The notes: generated by a model not told the origin, from the letters alone. Numbered from the stretch's first letter, positions 19,363 to 29,697 are shown. The stretch is 64,000 nucleotides of DNA from an uncultured Clostridia bacterium (GCA_963556825.1 CAUWAM010000005.1:2609-66608); one strand, 5' to 3'. Made by a program: numbers and translations.

Positions 19363-22300
19363 ATGAACTTAAAAAAATTATGCATCACTATAATAATGAG
19401 CACAATTTTATTTACTACAACAGTTTTTGCAGAAAACTTAAACACAGAATTAACAACAAACAAAGAAGAAATTCAAGCGAGCAAAGAAGAAGAAATTGTT
19501 CTTAATTTAGAAATTAAGGATTTTCAAGAAATTGAAAGTGGATTATACGCATATAAAGGGCAAATTCAATATGATAAGAATGTTTTTTATGAATTAGAAA
19601 CAAATAGTTTTGAAACTAAAAACATGTGGACAAATTTTAAATATAATAAACAAAATAATGAATTTGTGCTAATAAAAAAAGCAGGAACAACTAATGCAGA
19701 AGAAGTTTTACAAATAAAGTTAAAAGTAAGAAATGATGCAAAAGCAGGAGATTCAAGTATAATAATTAAGAATCAATCAACTTCAGAGGGAAAAAAAGAT
19801 ATAAGGATACAAGATTCAAAAATAGATATTAAAGTTATCCAGGAAGATAATAATACAGACGGTAATAATAATTCTGGAACAGACGATAATGATGATAATA
19901 ACAATTCAGAAAATAATAATCCCGGGACAGGAAATAATGAAAATAACAACAATTCTGGTAACAATAATCAAGAATTAGGGAAACCTTCAACAGAAATACC
20001 AAAAACAGGATTAGGAAATCATCAGACACTTATTGTTATTGCAATAGAAATATTAGTAATTATTGCAGGATATTCATTTATAAAATATAAAAAAATAGAT
20101 AAGAAAATAAAAATTAAAAACAAAAAAATAATAGGAATGCTTTTAGCAGTTGTATTTACTGTACAAATAGCAGGAACTACATATGCAGTAGTTAAGAATA
20201 TTGTACAAAAAGGAGAATTAAATGGAGATGGATTAATTGACTACGCTGATGTGGGATTAGTTGAAAAACATTTAATACAACTTGAAAAATTACCAGATGA
20301 AAATTTAGAAAATGCAGATTTAAATGATGACAAAAAAATAACAATAACAGACTTAACACTTTTAATAAAAAAGATAGAGAATAAAAGAGAATATATAGTA
20401 AAACTAGAAAATATTAGTGCAGACAATTACTATCCAAATAAAAATGAAGAAATAAAAGTATCGTTTATAGCAAATATAAACTACGAAGATACATTGATTA
20501 GAAAAGTAATAATAGATGATGTAGAATATGAAGTAGAGACATTAAATGGACGCGAATATACATTTATGATAAATGTAGGAGACAAAGCAGAGAAAAAAGA
20601 CTTTAAATTTTCAAAAGTAATACTTTCTACAAATGAAGAAGTAAAAATAGATTATGACTTTTCAATAAGTGTATTAAAAGAAAGACCATTTATGGATGAA
20701 AAAAGTTATAAACTAGAAGAAACTTTTGAAGGAAAAGCAAATATTAGCTTTGACTTAATTGATACAGAAAACAGCATTATTTCTGCACAATTTACTACTT
20801 ATGAAAAAACAGGAATAGAAGGAGAAAGTAAAGCAGTAGTTCAAACACCTATAAAAGCAGGAAACAATAAACAAGAAATACCAGTACAAGATGGAAAAAC
20901 TTATATAGTTAATATAGAAGTAGACTATAATTTAGCACCAGAGCAATTGCCAGGAAATGAATACAAAGGAGAAAGCATTATCTATTCAAAAGAATTTACA
21001 ATGAATTTAGATTATAAGTTTAAAATATCTAATATAAAAACATTAAAAGATGAGCTAGCAAATACAATCTTTACAAGAGAAGAACAAATTCAAGTTTCTT
21101 TTGATAGTACAAATGCAGCATTCGAAGATACAAAAAACAATACTTTTAAGCCAACTACAGTAACAATTAATGGAAAAGAATATCAAGTAACAGAAAAAGA
21201 TAATCATTATATAGCTACAATAGATGGAATAGAAGCTCTAGGAAATCAAACAATAACAATAGAAAAAGTAAAACTTGGAAATGGAAAAGAATTTAGTTTA
21301 GACAAAAATAACAGTGTTCAAGTTAGAATAGAAGAAAAGAAACCAAGTATAACTGATTTTGAAGCAGAAGAAAATTTGCCAGAAAGAAATATTAAAATTA
21401 AATTTAATATTGTAGATGAAGTAAAGGCAATACAAAGTGCAAAAGTTGTACTTTATGATTGTAAAAATAATGTGATCGAAAGCAAAAATTTGAGCATAGA
21501 AGAAATTAGAAGTGGAACAATAGAGGCAACTTTAAAAACAAAAGAAACGATAAAATATCTAGTACAAGTAATTGCAAACTATAGAGTAACAGATATAGAA
21601 ATGACACAAGATAAGGTATTACTAGAAAAAGAAGTTCCAGCTACTATATATGCTAATATTAAACAAGCAGAGATAGACAAAACAGAAATAGAAAAAAATG
21701 AAAATGTAAATATTACATATGAAATTGAAACTAATAGAGAGCAAACTATACAAAAAATTCGTGTAAACAGTGTAAATTATACAGCAACAAAATTAGCAAG
21801 TGGAAAATATAAAATTACAGTTAAAACTAGAAATGTACCACAAGTACTAAATCTTGAAACTACAAAACTTATATTTGTAGATGGATGGGAAGCAGATGTT
21901 ACAAATACACTACAGGTTAATATATTAAAAGAGATACCAACAATTAGTGATATAAGACAAGAAGATAGTGTAGGAAATCACGAAGTAACATTACATTTTG
22001 AAATAAATGATACAGATAAGAGTTATATTAGTGGAAAAGTCCAATTAGTAAATAAAGACCAAATCGTAGAAGAAAAAGAAATTACAATAGATGAAAATGG
22101 AAAAGGCACTGTTATTTTTACACATGTAGAAGAAAGTGTTGAATACACTGCAAAAGTTTTAGTTACATATAACAGATTTACGGAAACAGAAGAACATATT
22201 CAAAAAGACCAATTACTAGAAGAAATTCCAGTTATACTAATACATGATTATAAATTACAAGTAAGCGATTTAAAAACAGCCAATGCAAATAAAGAAACAA

Positions 22301-25300
22301 TATATTTTAATAAAAACGAAGAAATTATTTTAAGCTTTACTAGCACAAATGCCTCAAGATTTGTACCTGAAAGTGCAATAATAAATGGGAAAAACTATGA
22401 ACTTACAAGAAAAGTAGGAACAGATAAATGCTCAACTACATTACCAGGTTATAGTACAAGTGGAAAACAAGAAATAAAAATAGAAAAAATTATTTTATCA
22501 AATAGTGTAGAATTAAAACCTGCAAATGAAGAAAAAATCGAAGTAGAAGTTATAAAAGAAAAACCTATAATTACAGATTTTTCATATAATGAAGATGCAG
22601 AAAATCAAAACAAAATAAAAGCATATTTTATATTAAATGATAATGAAAATACACTTTTAAGTGGAAAAATTATTATTACAGATCAAAAGAAAAATGAAAT
22701 AAAAACACAAGACTTACAAGCAAATAATAATGAAATAATTTTTGATAAAACAGATAGTGAATATTACTATATTAAAGTAGTAGCAGATTACAATTTAGGA
22801 ACAGACCAAAATAATCTACATAAATCTCAAATTTTATTACAAGAAGAAATGGAATTTGCAATTCGTAAAATAGAAATGAAAGATATTTTAGATGTATATT
22901 TATACAGAAAAAATAGAGACAAAGTAGAAGAAGTATCAAGTATATACACTTATGAATTAACAAATACAGAGCAATTTTTAGTAAAAGTTGAAATGAAAGA
23001 CATGCCAGCTTTTTATGCTGCATTAAAAAGTTCTAGAGTAGAAAATAATATTTTAAAACTAGAATTAGAGTATGAAAATGCAGTTCAATATCAAAATGAT
23101 ATGAAGCAAGATAAACTAGAAGTAGACTATGGAACAGTAGAAAATGGCAAAGCTACTAATGATTCACTTGCAAGTTTAATAAGACAAATGAAAACAAATC
23201 CAAATGGAACATTTACATTAACAAGAGATTATGATGCATCAACATTTCTTGGTGATCACAGATCTCTAGTAGGAGCAGACATAACATTTACAGGAACATT
23301 AAATGGTAATGGACACAAAATATATAATTTATCTAAACCAATTTTTGACTATTTAGAAGGTGCTACTATTAAAGATTTAGTATTAGAAGATATTTATTTA
23401 TCTAATACAGATAATGTTACAGGAAGAGGAGCACTTGCAAACGAAACAGGAAAAAATTCTACTATAAGTAATGTGCATGTTAAAAATATGACAATTACAA
23501 CAGCATTAAAATATTCTTACTATGGAGGAATTACTGGAAAACTTATAAGCAGTACACTTAAAGAATGTAGTGTGACCAATCTTGTTATAACAGGACCACA
23601 CAATGATATTGTTGGAGCTCTAGGAGGAATTACAGGATATATTAACACATCTACTATTGAAAACTGCTATGTAACAGGTACTATTGCTGGAAAAACAGAA
23701 ATAGGAGGAATAGCAGGGTTAGTAGAAAGATATGTAGATGAACCAAGTAATATAAAAAATTGTATAACAAAAGTAAACTTAGAACCAACTGGTGGAGCAA
23801 ATGGAGTAGGTGGAATTGTAGGATTTGCAAGAAAGGCAAATCAAATTAAACTAAAACAAAATATAAGTTTATCACTAGGAAGAACTGGTTATAAATTATA
23901 TGGTACAGAAGCTACATTAGATATGTTTACAAAAAATTATGTGATGGAAGAATCTACATTATCAGATAATAACAGTTTACAAGTTAAGAAAATAGCTAAA
24001 AATGATGTTAATGAAGACTTCTTCAAAAATAAAGCAGGATTTGACGAAAGTATTTGGGATTTAAAAGACAGCAATTATGATAAATTACCAACACTTAATA
24101 ATGCAGATCCAAATAATACAAAAGAAGAACAACAAGAACAAGATGGTAATTGTTATATTCCAGACAAGGCTCGACTAGAAAAAATGCTAGAATATAATAA
24201 AAACAAGGAAATGTTATATAGTAACTTGTATAAACTAATGCCATTTTATGATGCTAAATATTTAATATTAGATGGAAGAAAAATTAATGAGGACAATATT
24301 TTAAATAAACAAACAATTAAGACAGTATTACCATATGATAATAAAGAAAACTTACTAATTGCACTTACAAAAGAAAACTATAAGACAATTAGTAAAATAA
24401 AAGTAGTATTTAATAATGATGAAACAAAAGAATATACAGTAAAATTTAGAGATACTTACGGAAATGTAGCAAATTATCAAATTAATGAGTTACAAGTTGG
24501 TTATAATTTTAATACATATATTATAGAACAAAATGCAGGTGTTGTAAGAGAACTAAGTAATTATATTCAAAACCTAGAATATGAAAAAGACTTACAAGGA
24601 ATGGTAGCTCTAGATAGAGGACATCCAGCATATAAAGTGCATTTTAATGAAGTTATAAGAACAGCAGAAAATTCTAATAATTTTATTTATAAATATTTAT
24701 CAAATTCTCCTGGATACAGTGTAACAGTAGACAATGATATCTTAAATACAGTTATAAAAGATAAATTAATTAATAATAACCAAATAAAGAGAATTCTATT
24801 TGCATATAATTATTATTCTCGTTTTTACGGAATAGATATGAATGGAACAAACTTATCAGATGTAATGCTATTTAAAGGAGAACTATACAAAGAAAATACA
24901 AAAATTGATAATTTAGTAACAGAATTCTGGAATAGTAAATGGAAAAACAGCCATGTAAATTACCAATTCTATAGAGATACACTAGCACCTAGATTTGGTA
25001 TAGAAAAACTTGGAGATTTTATAGAATATAATGTTAAAATTTTAACAGATTATGAAGATCCAAATAACTGGTTTACAGATAATTTTAATGGGCTTTTAGT
25101 AGAAGCCCCAGCAAAAGGATATGAAGATGTTGTAGATTACAGAGCATGGACACAATTAAAGAAAAGAAATGATTATATATTAGCACTTCTAACATTACCA
25201 GAAAATGCAGGATATATGATATCAACACCGGCAGCTTTTTATGTAGGATCACAAAGAGTATATATAACAGACCCTACAAAGCCAGTACAACAACAAGATT

Positions 25301-28300
25301 TATTAACTAAAATGCAAAACTTTGCAAATCAAGTAGCAACATTTTATGGAACAGCAGCAGGATTTATCGAAAGTAGATATTTTAACGCTATATGCGACAT
25401 AGTAATAGATACTAGATTTTTACCAGAACTTGGGGAACAATCAAATGGAAAAACAAATGATTTATTCCATAAGAACTTTAATGAAATCTTAAATTCATGG
25501 TCTTTGATAGGTGGAGTAGGAGCTTATGCAGGAAGCCAAAGAATCTATTTTGTAACAAACCATGCACTAAATAGTTATTCAGTGTGGTCACATGAAACAG
25601 GACATAACCAAACAGCTAGATTATTTTTTAAAAATAATGGATTTAGACCAATTGGTGGAGGAGCATCAGCAGATGGTATAACTGGTTCAGAAGATTACAC
25701 AGATGGAAATACTTCGCAAGGATTTGGAGATGGAGAAGTAAACTTCAATTTAACTTACAATTACAGTGAAGATCAATTAATAACAACAAACTTAACACCA
25801 GAAAGAATAAATTCTAAAGAGAAAATTGAAAGCTATTATAAGAGAATGTTTGAAATAATTGACTTTTTAGATTATGTAGAAGCAAAAGCCTTTTTAGAAT
25901 TAACACCAGAAGAACAGTCAAAAATAGCAGTGCAAATTTACTATCCAAATGAACCAGGAGATTATTCAACAGTAGGATGGAAAACGCTATCAAAAGAAGA
26001 ATTTGAAAAAATGAATTTACAAACAGTAGATGACTTATGGAAAAATAGAATTACTATAAAACCAGGAGTAACAGGAAATACAACGCAAACAGGAATAGGC
26101 GACTATGGTTCAGAAGGTATGTATATAAGAAGATGGTACCAACCATATAACGAAAAAGGAAGAACACATACTTTCGGATTTAAATATACAGCTTGGCAAA
26201 TGCTTGGAATAGGCGGTTATGACGGTGGATATGTTACATATTATAGTGGAAAAAGTAGAGATGACTTAGATGCTATTAAAAAAGTAACAAAAGACGATAC
26301 AATGACATGGGAAAAATTTAAGAAGCAGCGTTATGAATTAATGCAAGATAATTGGAATACAACTCCATACATAAATGCAGATGAATTATTAGATACTTAT
26401 GTAAAAGCATTGAAAAATGATGCACAAAATGGTGATAGAAATGTTACAAATAGTACAAATGTTAGAAGAAGAAATTATCACTATGTAAAACGTGTAACAG
26501 ATGACTTTAGACAAGAAGTTTTAAATGGAGACCATGGTATTGAAAGAATTTACATAACAACAGCAGAAGAATTTAAGCAAAAAATAACAGAAAATTCAAC
26601 AGGATATTTTGTATTAAATAATGACATTGATGTATCTTCTTTAACTGGAACAAATGCGATTATAAATGGATATTTCATGGGGAAAATAGATGGACAAGGA
26701 CATAAAATAACAGGAAATACACTACCAATTTTCGATTGCTTAAAATTTGCACATATTTCTAACTTAAATATAGAAAACAGTAAAATTTCTAACACAGTAG
26801 CAGATGTAGGAGCTTTAGCTAGAAAAGCAGAATATAGTGAAATTGAAAATGTAATTGGAAAGAAAATATCACTTACATCAACTAATAAACAAATTGGTGG
26901 ACTAATTGGAAGTGTGACAAGTTCATTAGTTAAAAATACACATATAACAGAAGCTACAGTATCTGGAGATTCTAGAGTTGGTGTACTTGCAGGTTATGTA
27001 GGACAAAGCCAAGTAGAAGAAAGTACAGCAAATGGAAAAGCAACATCAAAAGGAAATGCAACAGGAGGATTTATAGGAGAAATTTACAATAAAACTACAA
27101 TTTTAAACTGCTATTCAGTAGGAGAAGCAAAAGGAAACCAAGACATTGGAGGTTTCATAGGATATGTAAATAATTCTTCTATTATAAACAGCTTTAGTAA
27201 TACAAAAGCAACAGGAAATGCAGGAACAGCAAGTTTTGTAGGACAAACTATAAATAATAGTATTATTAAAAATAATATTACATTAACAAACCAATTATCA
27301 GGTTATAAATTTGATGGTAGAACAGCTAATGACAAATTTACAAACTTTAGTGGAAACTATGAAAATAAAGGAAACATAGGAACATCTACATTAACAAGAC
27401 CAAACATAGACTTTACAGATAAAATAAGTGTGGCAGAAGAAAGTGATGTACAAAGCCCAAGTTTCTATACAGGAACTTTAAATTGGGATAGTAGCATTTG
27501 GGACTTTAACAAAGTACAAACAGGAGGATTACCAAAATTAAAAAATTCAGATCCTAATGACATTTCAAGTACAGTATCAAGATATGAAATTAGAACAGCT
27601 AATGAATTTGAAACATTATTAAAAGAACATCCAGATAGTATCTTTAGTATAGAGGAAGATATTGACTTATCTACATTAAACTTAACTAATAAAAACACAA
27701 TTATTAGTGGAGATTTTATGGGAAGAATAGAGGGAAATAATCATACTTTAAGTGAAAATACAAAACCAATATTTGAAAACTTAAAATATGCTCGTATTTC
27801 AAATCTTAAAATAGAGGGAAGTATAATTTCTTCAGGAACTAAAAATATAGGAGCACTTAGTCAAAAAGCAAATAATGCAGAAATAAAAAATATAGTAGCA
27901 AATAACATAAAAGTAAATTCTACTAATAGCGAAGCAGGTGGCTTAATTGGTACAATATCAAATTCAAGTTTAGAAAATGTTCATATTACAAATTCTAAAG
28001 TATCAGGAACTAGCAGAATAGGATTGATTACTGGTTATGCTACAGAAAATACTAATATCAAAGCATCTAGTAGTAATGGAAATGTTATTGCTACAGGAAA
28101 TACAGTTGGAGGATTAGTTGGAGAAGTAGCAAATTCTTCTAGAATAGAAAATAGTTATTCATTAGGAACAGCACAAGGAAATACTAATGTTGGAGGGATT
28201 GTAGGATTATTAATAAATTCTTCTATTACAAAAAGCTTTAGTAGAGTAAGTGCTAATGGAGAAAATGCAGTAGCAGGATTTGTAGGAAAATCAACAAACA

Positions 28301-29697
28301 ATTCTACAGTGCAAAACAATATTTCACTTGGAAATCAAAACAAACAATATAAATTTGATGGAGCAACAACAGAAAAAGATTTAAGTAGATATCAAGGAAA
28401 TTATGAATATGAAGGAACTGTAGGAACTTCTACATTAGAAAGAAAAGATATTAACTTTGCTGGAAAAATAAATGTTGCAACAAAATCAGATATTACTAAT
28501 ATAGATTTCTATAAAAATATTTTAGGGTGGAGCCAAGAAATTTGGAATTTAAAAGAAGTTGTAAATGAAAAAGTTCCAAAATTAAAAAATCTAGATCCTA
28601 ATGAAGAAACTCTTATAACAGTAGTAGTAGAAAATATAAATTCAGCAGACGAATTTATAGAAAAATTATCAAAAAGACCAGATGGTAAATATACAATAAT
28701 GAAAGATTTAGATTTTGCAGGAAAAACATATAAAGTAGGAAGTGTATTAATACCAGGAGTATTCTTTGGTAGAATTGAAGGAAACGGATATACGATAAAG
28801 AACTTAAGTAATGCAACTATATTTGAACAATTTAATGGAGAAGTACAAAACTTAAATATCAAAAACTTCCAACACGGTGTTGTTTGGAACAAACCACCGT
28901 ATGGACATCTTGTTTCAACAGGTGAAAGTGATAAAACTCAAAATAATGTATCTGCTTTTGCAAAGAAATCATCGAGTGCGAAATTCTACAATATGAGATT
29001 AGAAAGAATCATTATGTTTGGAAACAACAATCTTGCAATAATAACAACAAATGACAAAGATTCTACTTTTGAAAAAATAAGTGTAACACAAGCACTTGTA
29101 ATGACAGCTTCAAAGGCTAAAGATTGTGGAAATAAGGCATCAACATTTATCAGTGAAAAAACAGGAGGAAGTATCAAGAACTGTTATGTTCAAGGAGAAA
29201 TGCACTCAGCAGGAAATGATAGTGGTGCAATTATAGGACTAAGCCACGGAGGAGTTATTATTGAAAATGTAGTATCTAATATTATTGGTAGAGCTTATAT
29301 AGAAGAAGTTGGTAAAACAAGTGGATTATTTATTGGAAAAATTGATGGAAAAACAATAATTAAGAATTCTGTATCAATAGGAAAATTACAAACCAATGGA
29401 TATTTATTAAATAAATTTGCTAACATACCAAATGTAGAAAATATTGAATATATTACAAATTCTTATGAAAATGGAGCAGAAAATGGAATTTCTAATAGTA
29501 ATGGTATAAACATAAAAACAGCAACAAAAGAACAATTACTAAACAAGGAATTCTACACAGATGTACTACACTTCGATGAGAGTATATGGAATTTAGATAA
29601 TATACAACAAAGAATTTATTCAGAAAGCCCATATCCACATAGTACAGACCCTACAAAATTTCCAACTATAATAGATTTTGGTGGATTAAAAAAATAA
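19363..29697 (+). CDS. giant (3444 aa) multidomain surface zinc metallopeptidase, Zmp/IgA-protease (M26)-like, with cohesin and dockerin modules
   Basis: Uninterrupted ORF with RBS gggaagaaggga and signal peptide MNLKKLCITIIMSTILFTTTVFA. Domain evidence is given in the sub-features. Confidence 0.9.
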   Translation: MNLKKLCITIIMSTILFTTTVFAENLNTELTTNKEEIQASKEEEIVLNLEIKDFQEIESGLYAYKGQIQYDKNVFYELETNSFETKNMWTNFKYNKQNNEFVLIKKAGTTNAEEVLQIKLKVRNDAKAGDSSIIIKNQSTSEGKKDIRIQDSKIDIKVIQEDNNTDGNNNSGTDDNDDNNNSENNNPGTGNNENNNNSGNNNQELGKPSTEIPKTGLGNHQTLIVIAIEILVIIAGYSFIKYKKIDKKIKIKNKKIIGMLLAVVFTVQIAGTTYAVVKNIVQKGELNGDGLIDYADVGLVEKHLIQLEKLPDENLENADLNDDKKITITDLTLLIKKIENKREYIVKLENISADNYYPNKNEEIKVSFIANINYEDTLIRKVIIDDVEYEVETLNGREYTFMINVGDKAEKKDFKFSKVILSTNEEVKIDYDFSISVLKERPFMDEKSYKLEETFEGKANISFDLIDTENSIISAQFTTYEKTGIEGESKAVVQTPIKAGNNKQEIPVQDGKTYIVNIEVDYNLAPEQLPGNEYKGESIIYSKEFTMNLDYKFKISNIKTLKDELANTIFTREEQIQVSFDSTNAAFEDTKNNTFKPTTVTINGKEYQVTEKDNHYIATIDGIEALGNQTITIEKVKLGNGKEFSLDKNNSVQVRIEEKKPSITDFEAEENLPERNIKIKFNIVDEVKAIQSAKVVLYDCKNNVIESKNLSIEEIRSGTIEATLKTKETIKYLVQVIANYRVTDIEMTQDKVLLEKEVPATIYANIKQAEIDKTEIEKNENVNITYEIETNREQTIQKIRVNSVNYTATKLASGKYKITVKTRNVPQVLNLETTKLIFVDGWEADVTNTLQVNILKEIPTISDIRQEDSVGNHEVTLHFEINDTDKSYISGKVQLVNKDQIVEEKEITIDENGKGTVIFTHVEESVEYTAKVLVTYNRFTETEEHIQKDQLLEEIPVILIHDYKLQVSDLKTANANKETIYFNKNEEIILSFTSTNASRFVPESAIINGKNYELTRKVGTDKCSTTLPGYSTSGKQEIKIEKIILSNSVELKPANEEKIEVEVIKEKPIITDFSYNEDAENQNKIKAYFILNDNENTLLSGKIIITDQKKNEIKTQDLQANNNEIIFDKTDSEYYYIKVVADYNLGTDQNNLHKSQILLQEEMEFAIRKIEMKDILDVYLYRKNRDKVEEVSSIYTYELTNTEQFLVKVEMKDMPAFYAALKSSRVENNILKLELEYENAVQYQNDMKQDKLEVDYGTVENGKATNDSLASLIRQMKTNPNGTFTLTRDYDASTFLGDHRSLVGADITFTGTLNGNGHKIYNLSKPIFDYLEGATIKDLVLEDIYLSNTDNVTGRGALANETGKNSTISNVHVKNMTITTALKYSYYGGITGKLISSTLKECSVTNLVITGPHNDIVGALGGITGYINTSTIENCYVTGTIAGKTEIGGIAGLVERYVDEPSNIKNCITKVNLEPTGGANGVGGIVGFARKANQIKLKQNISLSLGRTGYKLYGTEATLDMFTKNYVMEESTLSDNNSLQVKKIAKNDVNEDFFKNKAGFDESIWDLKDSNYDKLPTLNNADPNNTKEEQQEQDGNCYIPDKARLEKMLEYNKNKEMLYSNLYKLMPFYDAKYLILDGRKINEDNILNKQTIKTVLPYDNKENLLIALTKENYKTISKIKVVFNNDETKEYTVKFRDTYGNVANYQINELQVGYNFNTYIIEQNAGVVRELSNYIQNLEYEKDLQGMVALDRGHPAYKVHFNEVIRTAENSNNFIYKYLSNSPGYSVTVDNDILNTVIKDKLINNNQIKRILFAYNYYSRFYGIDMNGTNLSDVMLFKGELYKENTKIDNLVTEFWNSKWKNSHVNYQFYRDTLAPRFGIEKLGDFIEYNVKILTDYEDPNNWFTDNFNGLLVEAPAKGYEDVVDYRAWTQLKKRNDYILALLTLPENAGYMISTPAAFYVGSQRVYITDPTKPVQQQDLLTKMQNFANQVATFYGTAAGFIESRYFNAICDIVIDTRFLPELGEQSNGKTNDLFHKNFNEILNSWSLIGGVGAYAGSQRIYFVTNHALNSYSVWSHETGHNQTARLFFKNNGFRPIGGGASADGITGSEDYTDGNTSQGFGDGEVNFNLTYNYSEDQLITTNLTPERINSKEKIESYYKRMFEIIDFLDYVEAKAFLELTPEEQSKIAVQIYYPNEPGDYSTVGWKTLSKEEFEKMNLQTVDDLWKNRITIKPGVTGNTTQTGIGDYGSEGMYIRRWYQPYNEKGRTHTFGFKYTAWQMLGIGGYDGGYVTYYSGKSRDDLDAIKKVTKDDTMTWEKFKKQRYELMQDNWNTTPYINADELLDTYVKALKNDAQNGDRNVTNSTNVRRRNYHYVKRVTDDFRQEVLNGDHGIERIYITTAEEFKQKITENSTGYFVLNNDIDVSSLTGTNAIINGYFMGKIDGQGHKITGNTLPIFDCLKFAHISNLNIENSKISNTVADVGALARKAEYSEIENVIGKKISLTSTNKQIGGLIGSVTSSLVKNTHITEATVSGDSRVGVLAGYVGQSQVEESTANGKATSKGNATGGFIGEIYNKTTILNCYSVGEAKGNQDIGGFIGYVNNSSIINSFSNTKATGNAGTASFVGQTINNSIIKNNITLTNQLSGYKFDGRTANDKFTNFSGNYENKGNIGTSTLTRPNIDFTDKISVAEESDVQSPSFYTGTLNWDSSIWDFNKVQTGGLPKLKNSDPNDISSTVSRYEIRTANEFETLLKEHPDSIFSIEEDIDLSTLNLTNKNTIISGDFMGRIEGNNHTLSENTKPIFENLKYARISNLKIEGSIISSGTKNIGALSQKANNAEIKNIVANNIKVNSTNSEAGGLIGTISNSSLENVHITNSKVSGTSRIGLITGYATENTNIKASSSNGNVIATGNTVGGLVGEVANSSRIENSYSLGTAQGNTNVGGIVGLLINSSITKSFSRVSANGENAVAGFVGKSTNNSTVQNNISLGNQNKQYKFDGATTEKDLSRYQGNYEYEGTVGTSTLERKDINFAGKINVATKSDITNIDFYKNILGWSQEIWNLKEVVNEKVPKLKNLDPNEETLITVVVENINSADEFIEKLSKRPDGKYTIMKDLDFAGKTYKVGSVLIPGVFFGRIEGNGYTIKNLSNATIFEQFNGEVQNLNIKNFQHGVVWNKPPYGHLVSTGESDKTQNNVSAFAKKSSSAKFYNMRLERIIMFGNNNLAIITTNDKDSTFEKISVTQALVMTASKAKDCGNKASTFISEKTGGSIKNCYVQGEMHSAGNDSGAIIGLSHGGVIIENVVSNIIGRAYIEEVGKTSGLFIGKIDGKTIIKNSVSIGKLQTNGYLLNKFANIPNVENIEYITNSYENGAENGISNSNGINIKTATKEQLLNKEFYTDVLHFDESIWNLDNIQQRIYSESPYPHSTDPTKFPTIIDFGGLKK
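19432..19845 (+). other. cohesin-like beta-sandwich domain (aa ~24-161)
   Basis: EIVLNLEIKDFQEIESGLYAYKGQIQYDKNVFYEL...LQIKLKVRNDAKAGDSSIIIKN resembles cohesin-domain proteins of Firmicutes. Assigned by eye only. Confidence 0.55.
19849..19980 (+). repeat. Asn/Asp/Gly-rich low-complexity stalk (coding)
   Basis: NNTDGNNNSGTDDNDDNNNSENNNPGTGNNENNNNSGNNNQ. Confidence 0.8.
19996..20187 (+). other. internal sortase-type sorting signal (IPKTG + TM + Lys-rich tail) followed by a second hydrophobic, signal-peptide-like segment
   Basis: IPKTG at 19996-20010, TM LIVIAIEILVIIAGYSFI, tail KYKKIDKKIKIKNKK, then IIGMLLAVVFTVQIAGTTYA with an AxA-like site ending at 20187. Confidence 0.75.
20212..20376 (+). 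other. type I dockerin (two Ca-binding repeats)
   Basis: GELNGDGLIDYADVGLVEKHLI and ADLNDDKKITITDLTLLIKKI match the duplicated DxNxDGxIDxxD dockerin repeat. Confidence 0.85.
20398..22810 (+). repeat. four tandem ~200-215-aa two-domain (Ig-like) units
   Basis: Unit starts are near 20398, 21013, 21650 and 22249. Each unit has an xxING/VxY.VT segment followed by (E/K)KP.ITDF...Y.V.V.ANY/DYNL. Confidence 0.7.
23158..24120 (+). repeat. GLUG-motif beta-helix-like module 1
   Basis: FTGTLNGNGHKIYNLSKPIF, IGGIAGLV, VGGIVGFA, ending IWDLKDSNYDKLPTLNNADPNN. Paralogous to the modules at 26551-29694. Confidence 0.65.
24120..26540 (+). other. Zmp/M26-like zinc metallopeptidase region with HExxH at 25591-25605
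   Basis: SVWSHETGHNQTARLF (HETGH, aa 2077-2081). The flanking GLUG modules and the N-terminal sorting signal are hallmarks of streptococcal IgA1-protease/ZmpB-type enzymes. Confidence 0.6.
26551..29694 (+). repeat. three further paralogous GLUG modules (about 26551-27560, 27582-28605, 28621-29694; the last is divergent)
   Basis: Each starts with (T/S)A(E/D)EF...D(I/L)D...G.F.G.I(D/E)G.GH.I/L and contains IGGLIG/VGGLVG/VGGIVG-type motifs. The first two end in LPKLKN.DPN. Confidence 0.7.

Noticed and set aside
19773-20426. Antisense ORFs (19773..19964, 19835..20029, 20241..20426) and apparent short repeats in the Asn-rich stalk region of the giant gene; checked as a possible CRISPR or tandem DNA repeat.
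   Set aside because: The periodicity is codon-level low complexity (AAT/AAC/GAT/GGA runs) inside one long ORF. There are no repeat-spacer units of constant length.
22772-29177. Antisense ORFs within the giant gene (22772..23023, 26550..26795, 27465..27698, 28509..28892, 28986..29177).
   Set aside because: They are shadow ORFs opposite a continuous 10-kb ORF with recognisable domains.
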